From: Candidatus Cloacimonadota bacterium
GTDB taxonomy: Bacteria > Cloacimonadota > Cloacimonadia > Cloacimonadales > Cloacimonadaceae
Assembly: GCA_029781115.1 (NCBI GenBank)
Contig: JAKOXG010000010.1
Location: 4,582-68,581 of the forward strand
Direction of reading: 5' to 3'
DNA: 64,000 nucleotides
Shown piece after piece: positions 28,829 through 36,985 of this stretch; position 1 is the stretch's first letter, and each line of letters opens with the position of its first letter. The notes under the pieces were generated by a model. That model was given only the letters and a program-made list of their open reading frames with translations. It did no database searches and was not told the DNA's origin. The position numbers and the translations under genes are program-made.

Positions 28829-30010
28829 TTACTTGATTTGTTTCAGTATTTGTTGGGCAGTGTTGCCATACTGGCCGTCGTTCACGATTCTTTGCAAGTC
28901 TGCCTTGGCATCGCTATTTCTCTTGAGTCTGAAGTAGCTATCACCACGCAGCAACAGCGCGGTTGCATTGTTGGAGCTTTCTCTGAGCACCATGGTGGCA
29001 TAGGTAATGGTTTTGTTGTAATTTTTGGCGGTGTGATAGTAGCTGGCTACGGCGAGGGCATTGTTGGCGTTAGGCTCGATTGCCAGCGCCTTTTCCAGGT
29101 TTTCCACCGATTTGGCTCTGTTGTTGAGACTGCTATAGTTTTGGGCGATCAGGTTGTAGACAGTTGCCAAGACAGATTCAGGTGGATTGAGGCCGATCAA
29201 TCTCTCCAAAACGGTGTTTGATTCCGCCCATTTGGAGTTGTTGCGATAGAAGTTTGCAACCATTATCAGCACGTCTTTGTTGGGATTAAGTTCCAAAGCC
29301 ATCTCATAGTATTTCTTGGCTTCGTCATAGTTCTTTCTCTCATCATATCTGTTGCCCAAGATCAAGTAGGCATTGTAGTTTTGAGAAGTCTCAGCGTAGT
29401 CTTTGAGCACTTGGATGGCTCTGGCTTCGTCTTTGATGTGATCGTTGAGAATCTCATACTTGATGTTGAGGATATCCTCGTTGTCGGGATCCATTTCCAG
29501 TTCTTTGTCATAGGTCAATAGGGCTTCTTCATATTGTCCCGCAGCCTGTTGAGCGTAGGCAATCCTACGATACAGTGCTTTGACCAGCTCTGTCTTTTCG
29601 CCTTCAGGGATGGTGATGGGCTCGATATCCTGCATGATTGTCAGAGCGGATTGCAGTTGATCGATAGCATCGGTGTGGATTTCCAAATTAGAGCTTTCAC
29701 TGGCCATATCCATATAGATCTTGGCCATAAATAGCTGAACCTGCTCAATCTTCATCGCCACAGAGTCGGTCTCAGCAGCGGTGGGAGCGGCCAGTTCATA
29801 TTGAACAATAGCTTCGTTAAACTTTTCGATGGCATCTTCAAATTGCTCTTCTTCATAGTCACTTTGAGCGCCGGTAACGGCTGCATTGGCAAGCTCCATG
29901 GGTGTGGGAGGGAGTTCCACAGGTTCCTCCACTTTATTGCCCGAGCAAGCACCCAAAATGAGGATTAAGAGTACTGCGGGGAGTAGCATGAAATAAAAGC
30001 GCGGTTTCAT
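28829..30010 (-). CDS. TPR-repeat lipoprotein
   Basis: Start at MKPRFYFMLLPAVLLILILGAC (lipobox) preceded by GGAGG. The ORF-track start at 30043 is 11 codons further up. Multiple TPR repeats. Confidence 0.75.
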   Translation of the reverse strand: MKPRFYFMLLPAVLLILILGACSGNKVEEPVELPPTPMELANAAVTGAQSDYEEEQFEDAIEKFNEAIVQYELAAPTAAETDSVAMKIEQVQLFMAKIYMDMASESSNLEIHTDAIDQLQSALTIMQDIEPITIPEGEKTELVKALYRRIAYAQQAAGQYEEALLTYDKELEMDPDNEDILNIKYEILNDHIKDEARAIQVLKDYAETSQNYNAYLILGNRYDERKNYDEAKKYYEMALELNPNKDVLIMVANFYRNNSKWAESNTVLERLIGLNPPESVLATVYNLIAQNYSSLNNRAKSVENLEKALAIEPNANNALAVASYYHTAKNYNKTITYATMVLRESSNNATALLLRGDSYFRLKRNSDAKADLQRIVNDGQYGNTAQQILKQIK

Positions 30011-30228
30011 ATAACCTCCAATGTTATTTTCTATGGTATTCATATCCTGTAAATGAGGCTTTTTGTCAATGAGAAAATCGTATCAGCATAAAAAATAAAT
30101 ATTTGTGCTGCTTGGTTGAATTATTTCGATAAAGGTTAATTGTTTCATTTTCAAGCACTTGTGGTTTCGTGATGAACTTACGCACTTCACAAGTATGAAA
30201 AAAGTGTCTTAAAAAGCGCATTTTCTTG

Positions 30229-30256
30229 TTGACAGAAATTCGTAAGTGATTTTAAT
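30229..30256 (+). promoter_or_regulatory. Sigma70-like promoter of hup
   Basis: TTGACA-N16-TTTAAT, about 45 nt upstream of the AAGGAGG RBS. Confidence 0.5.
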
Positions 30257-30304
30257 AGCCCCAACAATATCTCTTACTCGTGATTACGAAAACAAGGAGG
30301 TAAA

Positions 30305-30589
30305 ATGAGCAGAGATGATTTGATTAAAAAGGTAGCAGGAGATGCTGGCATTTCTCAGAAAACAGCCGGTCTCGCTCTTGCGTCAGTTCTCGAAGGCATC
30401 ACCTTGGCACTTAAGAAAGGTGAAAGAGTTACCCTCGTTGGCTTCGGCTCATTCAGCGTAGCACAACGCAAAGCTCGTAAAGGCGTCAATCCTCGTACGG
30501 GCGAACCCATCAAAATCAGCGCCCGCAAAGTTCCAGTATTCAAAGCGGGTAAGAAGCTCAAAGAAGCCGTCATGGGAAAGAAAAAATAA
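30305..30589 (+). CDS. hup: HU-family nucleoid DNA-binding protein
   Basis: GFGSFSV...RKARKGVNPRTGEPIKI arm motif. 94 aa. Confidence 0.95.
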   Translation: MSRDDLIKKVAGDAGISQKTAGLALASVLEGITLALKKGERVTLVGFGSFSVAQRKARKGVNPRTGEPIKISARKVPVFKAGKKLKEAVMGKKK

Positions 30590-30610
30590 CCTACAACGGA
30601 TTTACTTCTT

Positions 30611-30640
30611 AAAAAGGCAGGATTCACTTCCTGCCTTTTT
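30611..30640 (+). terminator. Rho-independent terminator after hup
   Basis: AAAAAGGCAGGA-TTCACT-TCCTGCCTTTTT. Confidence 0.85.
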
Positions 30641-30689
30641 AATAACATCATTTTTCAACATCAAAATAGAACACAACAAGGAAAGGACT

Positions 30690-31781
30690 ATGTTAAAACT
30701 ACCCGTAGATAAGATTCACGAGTTTATGTTAGCCGTCTTGCAGGAGATAGGTGTCCCTGCTGAAGATGCCAAAGTCTGTGCAGAAGTGCTGATTGCCAGC
30801 GATCTCAGCGGCATTGAATCCCACGGCATCGGAAGATTGAAGATGTATTACGACCGCATCCGTGCCGGCATCCAAAACCCAATCACCAAGATAGATGTAA
30901 TCAGAGACAATATGGCCACTGCGGTTTGGGATGGAAACCATGGCATGGGACATGTGATAGGCAAACGTGCCATGCAAACCGCCATCGACAAAGCCGCCAA
31001 ATACGGCTTGGGTGCAGTAGCGGTAAGAAATTCCACCCACTATGGTATCTGCGGTTTTTATGCGAACATGGCTACCCGGCAAAACATGATCGGGCTCACT
31101 TTCACCAACGCCAGGCCATCCGTGTGTCCCACCAATGGCGTGCAGCCGCTTCTGGGCACCAACCCCATCTGCTTCGGCGCACCCACCTCGCTGGGCTATC
31201 CCTTTCTCTACGACGCCGCTACCTCCATCTCCCAGAGGGGAAAGATAGAGCAGCTCGGGCGTGAACAAAAGGACACCCCGGCAGGCTGGGCAATAGATCT
31301 CGAGGGCAATCCTCACACCCAGACCACCCAACTGCTGCAGGATTTGGTCAAACAGACCGCCTCGTTGCTCCCGATCGGTGGCAGCGATGAACTGACAGGT
31401 TCCCACAAGGGTTATGGCCTTTCCACCATGGTGGAGATCCTTTGCGCTGCTTTGTGTGGAGGCAGCTTCATGAATATGCTCTGGGGCAGGGACGCCGCAG
31501 GAAAACCCGCTCCTTACGCTCTGGGACACTTCTTCATGGCGATCAACATCGAATCCTTCATCGACATCGAAAGCTTTAAAGAGATTAGCACTGCCATCTG
31601 CCAAGAGCTGCAAAACTCCCGCAAAATCCCTGGCAGGGACAGGATCTACGTTGCCGGTGAAAAAGAGTATCTGATGCAGCAGAAAGTCAAGGCTGAAGGC
31701 GTTCCCGTCATCCCAAATCTGCAAAAAGCAATCCAGACCATGCAGGACGAGCTGGGGCTTGATCTGATTGACTTCTCATAA
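30690..31781 (+). CDS. Ldh_2 family NAD(P)H oxidoreductase (type-2 malate/L-lactate dehydrogenase family; includes ureidoglycolate dehydrogenase and pyrroline/piperideine-2-carboxylate reductases)
   Basis: Motifs GIESHGIGRL, NPICFGAP and GSHKGYGLS. 363 aa. The antisense ORF 30729-31724 is rejected. Confidence 0.8.
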   Translation: MLKLPVDKIHEFMLAVLQEIGVPAEDAKVCAEVLIASDLSGIESHGIGRLKMYYDRIRAGIQNPITKIDVIRDNMATAVWDGNHGMGHVIGKRAMQTAIDKAAKYGLGAVAVRNSTHYGICGFYANMATRQNMIGLTFTNARPSVCPTNGVQPLLGTNPICFGAPTSLGYPFLYDAATSISQRGKIEQLGREQKDTPAGWAIDLEGNPHTQTTQLLQDLVKQTASLLPIGGSDELTGSHKGYGLSTMVEILCAALCGGSFMNMLWGRDAAGKPAPYALGHFFMAINIESFIDIESFKEISTAICQELQNSRKIPGRDRIYVAGEKEYLMQQKVKAEGVPVIPNLQKAIQTMQDELGLDLIDFS

Positions 31782-31840
31782 GTTAAGGCATTATCAAAGT
31801 GCCAAATGCGGACAAGAAAAGCCGTAAGCTACTTTTGTGC

Positions 31841-31868
31841 TTGCATATCTGGCACTTTTATTTATAAT
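31841..31868 (+). promoter_or_regulatory. Sigma70-like promoter of the porin-like gene
   Basis: TTGCAT-N16-TATAAT. Confidence 0.5.
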
Positions 31869-31905
31869 GTATTAAGAAATCATAACATATAGGAGAACAG
31901 AACTA

Positions 31906-33027
31906 ATGAAAAGAACACTGTCACTCATCTTTGCGATCCTGATCGTGGGCTCTATGTTTGCCTTGGATTTCGATTGGGATGGCGAATTCCGCAGCCGCAC
32001 CGCTGCTTACAACAACTTCAATGGCGATCCAGGCGGCCATACGGACAACCGCCTCTGGCTTGGTTTTAACACGGAACTGCATTCCGATATAAATCTGAGA
32101 GCCTTGATTGAAGTAAATCATAGGTGGAGTGAAGCGGTTGCCCCATTTGGAGGCAATGTAGACGTCACAGCCAAGGAAGTATACATAGATTTCTTGGTAG
32201 AAGCCATCAAGTCCAGAGTAAGAGTTGGACATCAGCCTTGGGCTGACCATCGTGGCTTAGTGCTGGACTATACCTTCAGTGGCTTGAGTGTAATGCACGA
32301 ATTGAGCGAACAGATGAACTTTAAGGCTGCTTTTGGTAAGTATGCAGAAGGTATAAATGATAATCGCTATGACGATATTCAAGGCTTTATTTTTAGCTTC
32401 AACAATGAGGCAGACTTAGCCTATGGTGCTGATGCATTCTTCACTTGGAGTCGTAATCGTTTTGTGGATCCCGTCTTGCTCAAATATATCTCATTGGCGC
32501 CATATCTTAACATGAAGCTTGATCCCATCAATTTGGATGCAACTGTGATTTTCCAATTGAATGACAGCTATGATTGGATCAACGATGAAGTGGATACGGA
32601 TGCCATCTTTGGCGCTGCTGTCAACGTGGGAATGGAGATGGACGCTCTGGAATTGAATGCAGATCTGCTCTTCCTCAGCGATCATGACCTTGTCACTTTG
32701 TCTGACTACTATCAAAACAACCTCTATCTCTTTGGCTATGGGGAACATCATGATGACTTGGGTATGTATCCTCCCTACACCACAACTGAAGATAGCTATT
32801 TGGGCTTCACCGGTCAGGCTAAATATGCCTTGAGCGAAAAGATCAAATTCTTTGGTGCTGCTGGGTTCGTCAATGGCACCGGCATAGAATTGAACGGCGG
32901 CATGGAATACCAATTGGTGCCTGATCTCTTGGGCGTTGCAGCTTATGGTGCCTATGGAATCATCGACGAAGATATGAATAACAAAAACGCCTATGCCCTC
33001 GGTACAACTATCAAAATTGAGTTTTAA
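31906..33027 (+). CDS. Secreted beta-barrel (porin-like) outer membrane protein, unknown family
   Basis: Signal peptide, alternating beta-strand pattern, C-terminal TIKIEF with terminal Phe. AGGAGA RBS. Confidence 0.65.
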   Translation: MKRTLSLIFAILIVGSMFALDFDWDGEFRSRTAAYNNFNGDPGGHTDNRLWLGFNTELHSDINLRALIEVNHRWSEAVAPFGGNVDVTAKEVYIDFLVEAIKSRVRVGHQPWADHRGLVLDYTFSGLSVMHELSEQMNFKAAFGKYAEGINDNRYDDIQGFIFSFNNEADLAYGADAFFTWSRNRFVDPVLLKYISLAPYLNMKLDPINLDATVIFQLNDSYDWINDEVDTDAIFGAAVNVGMEMDALELNADLLFLSDHDLVTLSDYYQNNLYLFGYGEHHDDLGMYPPYTTTEDSYLGFTGQAKYALSEKIKFFGAAGFVNGTGIELNGGMEYQLVPDLLGVAAYGAYGIIDEDMNNKNAYALGTTIKIEF

Positions 33028-33053
33028 TCCCCAATAAATACAACACCTCTAAA

Positions 33054-33090
33054 GGGCTTCTCGCATCCCCTGCGGGAGGCCCTTTTTCCT
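33054..33090 (+). terminator. Rho-independent terminator
   Basis: GGGCTTCTCGCA-TCCCC-TGCGGGAGGCCC followed by TTTTTCCTTT. Confidence 0.75.
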
Positions 33091-33126
33091 TTCATCATTT
33101 TCCATGTGAAAATCCTAAGCTGAATG

Positions 33127-33400
33127 CCTACCATATTAGTGGGAGATTTTCCAAGCACTCCGGCACCGATAAAGCCAGTCCAAAATCAACTTTTGACCTC
33201 AATCTATAATATCATAACTTATAACCCCTATCAAAGACGCTCCTCAAATGCCCATTTCATGCGGCCTGCCAACCCCGCCCTTACTACCCTCCTGCTCCTC
33301 GAGTAAGCAAGCAGTTGGAAAGCAGGCAGTTAGGAGGGAGAGCGCAGGGGAGAATAATGCACCTCTCGGCGGGTGGTCAACCGATGGTAAAAGTCAAAAT
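33127..33400 (+). repeat. Intergenic repeat, family 2, copy A
   Basis: About 274 nt aligns by eye along its whole length, at roughly 70 percent identity, with the reverse complement of 57609-57883. The best block is CTCAAATGCC..TTCATGCGGCCT...CTCCTGCTCCTCGAGTAAG...GGAAAGCAGGCAGTTAGGAG. Confidence 0.7.
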
Positions 33401-33630
33401 TATCGGATACATTGGGTATAAGTCAAATAATATTGGCAACCGAATGTTCCAGGATCGCTATCTGAAAATGGGTGGGAGGGGTTGCAAGTTTCAACATGCG
33501 CAAAATTGAGGTTCCATTTGGTGTCGGTGTTAATTTTGTTTTAGCCGGGTAACCACTTCATTCCATGTGTGTTAGTGGGGTTGTTTAATACTTCTCACAG
33601 CGATATTTTCAGATTTTCACTGACAGAATG

Positions 33631-33644
33631 TTAGGCTTGCCTAA
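33631..33644. promoter_or_regulatory. Palindromic operator candidate (DtxR/MntR-box-like) upstream of the DtxR-family gene
   Basis: TTAGGC-TT-GCCTAA has perfect 6-bp inverted arms and resembles the TTAGG..(A/G)CCTAA core of DtxR/IdeR boxes. It lies 36 nt before the start codon. Confidence 0.45.
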
Positions 33645-33679
33645 CTTTGGCCTCATAAGATGAAACTCGAGGTGATAAG

Positions 33680-34198
33680 ATGTCTAACACACTGTTAAGC
33701 AAAAGCTTGGAAGACTACTTGGAAGTCATCTACAACATCATTGTGGTAGATGAGACTGCCAAGGCCAAAGACATTGCCGTAAAAATGCAGGTTAAAGCGC
33801 CGTCAGTAACCGGTGCTTTGCGCCAATTGGCAGACCGGGGACTCGTAAACTATTCTCCCTACGGCCAGATCACCCTTACCAAAGAGGGGGTGGAAGTGGC
33901 TCAAGAGGTAGCAAAGCGGCATAGAGTGCTGAAAGACTTCCTTATCAGGGTGCTTTCCATTGATGAACCCGAAGCAGATGTCGTTGCCTGCCAAATGGAG
34001 CATGCTGTCACCACGGAGGTCATGGACAGATTTACCCAGTTTCTCGAATTTGTGGATAGCTGCCCGCGTGCAGGAAGTTCTTGGATCAAAAACTTCCGCT
34101 ATTATCGAAATCAAAAACCAGAGGCGGGCTACTGCCATAAATGTATCAGTAAAACTATTGAGAATATAGAAGCCGATTCTTCGCAGGAGGGCATATAA
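33680..34198 (+). CDS. DtxR/MntR-family metal-dependent transcriptional regulator
   Basis: N-terminal wHTH with EDYLEVIY signature and a metal-site/dimerisation region. Unusual Cys-containing tail (SCPRAG...YCHKC). 172 aa. Confidence 0.85.
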   Translation: MSNTLLSKSLEDYLEVIYNIIVVDETAKAKDIAVKMQVKAPSVTGALRQLADRGLVNYSPYGQITLTKEGVEVAQEVAKRHRVLKDFLIRVLSIDEPEADVVACQMEHAVTTEVMDRFTQFLEFVDSCPRAGSSWIKNFRYYRNQKPEAGYCHKCISKTIENIEADSSQEGI

Positions 34199-34262
34199 GT
34201 CCTTGCAATGTATGTCTTTAGTCCCTAACCATTAAAAATGAACTAACGTATAGGAGATAATC

Positions 34263-35267
34263 ATGAGACTAATGATTACTATTTGTATTACCATGTTTGC
34301 CGTTCTGCTATCGGCACAGGTAGAGCCCCCGCAGACGCATGCTGCGATCATGCTTGATGCCAAGTTTTATCATGGCGACAGGGCAAATGATGGTAATTAT
34401 GACTTTTCCAACCGGTTCCAGGTGAGAAAAGCTGAAATCAGCTTTGAAGGCGAATTGGAACGGTTTGAATATGCAGCCGCTCTCGGGATGTGCACCTGCT
34501 CTGGAAATGCAGCAATGGTGGACATCCAGGAAGCTGAGATCATGTACAATCTGCTGGATTGTGCAAAGATCGGTATCCGGAAAGGACACGTGCTCAGAGG
34601 TTTTGCCTCAACCACCGAATGCCAAGGCCTTTTGGCATCCGAAAAACCAAATCATTCGATGACCTTTGGAACTTGCCATCCCATCGGAGTTGCGCTTGAG
34701 ACTTATCATGAGCTGTCACACAATATGGCGCTTGAGACGGAGCTCGGCTTCTTCAATGGAGGCAATTCAACCCTCGATAACGAGCATGAAGTCAATCTCG
34801 GTGTGATCTTTCAAACTCCACTGCCTGGACTTTCGGCCATGGGTGTTTATAACCATGCAAACCGAAAGTATTTTGATCCATCATTTAACCAATACTCGGA
34901 GAACGGATACAGATGGGCAGCAGGATTGGAATATGTGGCCAATTCCCTGTGGATAGCATCTGAATTTCACAGAGGAAAGGGGTTTGAGCGTGATGATCAG
35001 GAGATGGAAGCCTGGTATGCACAAGCTGGCTACGATATCGGAACCGGCCTCAAATGCCTGCCCACCATTCAGCCTTATGTATATTTTGAAAACTGGAATA
35101 AAGACGTCGCCAATGATGCCAACTACAAATTCCTTGAAGCGGGTGTGAACTTCAAGACTTCGGCAAATTCAATGCTCAGATTTGCTTATAAATCTATGAT
35201 CGAAAAACCGGCGGGCGCCGTAGCTGACCCTGATCAAATCCTGGCCAGAATCCAGGTTGCACTTTAG
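34263..35267 (+). CDS. Outer-membrane porin (phosphate-selective porin O/P-like)
   Basis: Signal peptide. RFQVRKAEISFEG resembles the OprO/OprP family signature. Beta-rich, 334 aa. Confidence 0.6.
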   Translation: MRLMITICITMFAVLLSAQVEPPQTHAAIMLDAKFYHGDRANDGNYDFSNRFQVRKAEISFEGELERFEYAAALGMCTCSGNAAMVDIQEAEIMYNLLDCAKIGIRKGHVLRGFASTTECQGLLASEKPNHSMTFGTCHPIGVALETYHELSHNMALETELGFFNGGNSTLDNEHEVNLGVIFQTPLPGLSAMGVYNHANRKYFDPSFNQYSENGYRWAAGLEYVANSLWIASEFHRGKGFERDDQEMEAWYAQAGYDIGTGLKCLPTIQPYVYFENWNKDVANDANYKFLEAGVNFKTSANSMLRFAYKSMIEKPAGAVADPDQILARIQVAL

Positions 35268-35276
35268 GAGGATAAA

Positions 35277-36158
35277 ATGAAGAAAAACTTGGCCATACTC
35301 TTACTTTTATTGATGGGAGTCGCCGTCTTTGCCGAGACGATCACGATTCTCCCCTCCGACGACATGTATACGGATGTCGAGCACCCGGGTGTAACCCCGG
35401 TTGTTACTGAGCTCTGGACTGCCAACTTTCCTCCTTCGGGACACTTTGAGCGGATCATGATGCGCTTTGATCTTGATGAGCTGAAGGGGACGCAGTTGGA
35501 CTCCGCAATTCTACACCTGACACGCTTTTACAGCTGCCCTTCCGGAGGCACGACTGCGAGCAAATTCTATCCCATTACTCAAAGCTGGACTGAAGATACC
35601 TGGAACCACGCTGTTCATATCGAATATTTCGAGAATAACGGCATGGATTACGTTTTTACGGGAGCAGGTGGAAACACTATTGTGCACTTTGAGGTCGACA
35701 TCACGGAGCTGGTCAACCTGTGGATAAATGACGTGATGGACAATAATGGGTTTGTGATCATGGCAAATACAAATCAGAAGTTTTCCAAGTTCTATTCCAA
35801 AGAACACCCAAACGAGTCTTACCGTCCCAAATTGACGCTCAGTTATACCCCGACAAGCAACGATGACGCCATCGATCGCCCAGCGCCTTTGGCCCTCACA
35901 AACTACCCCAATCCCTTCAATCCGGAAACTACTATCTCAATGTATCTGCCGGAGCATAGTGATGTGAAGATGAGCATCTACAACATGAGGGGACAGATGG
36001 TATTTGACATCAATTTGCCCGGTGTCCAAAGAGGGCACCACAACTACGTTTGGAACGCAAAAGACAGCGCTGGCAAGCCACTGTCCAGCGGTGTTTATCT
36101 CTGTAGAATCGAGAGCAGTGCCGGCGTAGTCACCAAAAAGATGGTTCTCCAAAAATGA
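35277..36158 (+). CDS. DNRLRE-domain secreted protein with T9SS C-terminal sorting domain
   Basis: Signal peptide. FDLDELKG...SAILHLT...ITQSWTEDTWN...NNGFVIMA...YRPKLTLSY pattern, and CTD NYPNPFNPETTISM...GVYLCRIE...KKMVLQK. Confidence 0.7.
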   Translation: MKKNLAILLLLLMGVAVFAETITILPSDDMYTDVEHPGVTPVVTELWTANFPPSGHFERIMMRFDLDELKGTQLDSAILHLTRFYSCPSGGTTASKFYPITQSWTEDTWNHAVHIEYFENNGMDYVFTGAGGNTIVHFEVDITELVNLWINDVMDNNGFVIMANTNQKFSKFYSKEHPNESYRPKLTLSYTPTSNDDAIDRPAPLALTNYPNPFNPETTISMYLPEHSDVKMSIYNMRGQMVFDINLPGVQRGHHNYVWNAKDSAGKPLSSGVYLCRIESSAGVVTKKMVLQK

Positions 36159-36673
36159 ATAAATCCTTAACGGTCGCAATGTGCGGGCTCCTGTGTGTGC
36201 TCCTTCTCACAAGAGCAGGAGCCCGCGCCTCCAATGATCTGCATTCGATTGCCGGGAACTACGTTGAAGATGTCCCGATAGGTGTTGCCTGTGTTGACTC
36301 GATCAGGTTTGTGGTCTATGAGCCAGAGCCGGATTCTTTCAGATACTTTGTTGTGAGCGACGACTTTGTGAAGCTTAAAGGCTACAAAGGCTATACCAAC
36401 CTGGGAGTATTACTGAATGACGAAGCTGAGATACTGGACGTCTGGATCGTTTCATCCGGGGATACCCGGCGCATCGTAAACAAAATTAAGCACAGCGGGA
36501 TGCTTCAGCAATTTCGCTCTGCTTCCAAAGGTAAACAAATAAAGCATGTTACCGGTGCGACCATCACCAGTAATACTATTTGTAAGACTATAGAGTCCAT
36601 GCTACCGATACTGAATTCCAAAATTGATGAGATGCGTGATTTTAGCATTGGTATCAGAGACATCCAAAAGTAG
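36155..36673 (+). CDS. FMN-binding domain (NqrC/RnfG-type) extracytoplasmic protein
   Basis: Signal/anchor peptide. The VTGATITSNTI motif matches the [ST]GA[ST] flavinylation site of FMN_bind domains. ATGA overlap with the upstream gene. Confidence 0.7.
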   Translation: MNKSLTVAMCGLLCVLLLTRAGARASNDLHSIAGNYVEDVPIGVACVDSIRFVVYEPEPDSFRYFVVSDDFVKLKGYKGYTNLGVLLNDEAEILDVWIVSSGDTRRIVNKIKHSGMLQQFRSASKGKQIKHVTGATITSNTICKTIESMLPILNSKIDEMRDFSIGIRDIQK

Positions 36674-36985
36674 AGGGTTTAACCTGGGATTGTAAGTTCT
36701 GTTCGCATGAATCCCAAAAGCCGTGTCTAAGCAGGTTGATCCTCTGAAGGAAAGGTTGGGCCGGTGACCATACTGGAAGCCGGCTCAGCCGATTTAAAGG
36801 GGAGGCACTGTGGTAGATCTGATGAAAAACGGGCTATTATCGGGGTGGGTGAGAGGCTTGTGGTATAAAAGCATTGACAAGCAAAGGCAAATAAAAATTA
36901 TGGTCTTTTAAACTCACTAATTTGTTGAGGAAACGTCGATTTACTATAAATATCAATGTTTTAGATACACAATAAAGAGGAAATA

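Noticed and set aside
30729-31724. A 331-aa ORF antisense to the Ldh_2 gene. Similar long antisense ORFs lie at 39166-39876, 51341-52303, 28199-29221, 13894-14646, 58764-59663, 53874-54545 and 16759-17403.
   Set aside because: In each case the opposite strand encodes a protein with clear family motifs. The antisense translations are low-complexity or His/Gly/Val-rich, with no motif, RBS or signal. They are typical shadow ORFs.
31849-31866. TGGCAC in front of the porin-like gene as a sigma54 -24 element.
   Set aside because: The required -12 TTGC element is absent at the correct spacing. The same region gives a perfect TTGCAT-N16-TATAAT sigma70 promoter.
33124-33509. Small ORFs (60 and 64 aa) inside family 2 repeat copy A, and 57612-57809 and 57894-58148 near copy B.
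   Set aside because: The two repeat copies are inverted, so these ORFs occupy non-homologous strands and frames. They have no RBS, and the sequence similarity is at nucleotide level rather than protein level.
36674-36985. The 312-nt gene-free region before the EF-G paralog as a known ncRNA (SRP, 6S, tmRNA, RNase P or a riboswitch).
   Set aside because: I could find none of the signature sequences of these RNAs. There are only a short GCCGG/CCGGC hairpin and a promoter-like TTGACA box, so there is not enough to call a feature.
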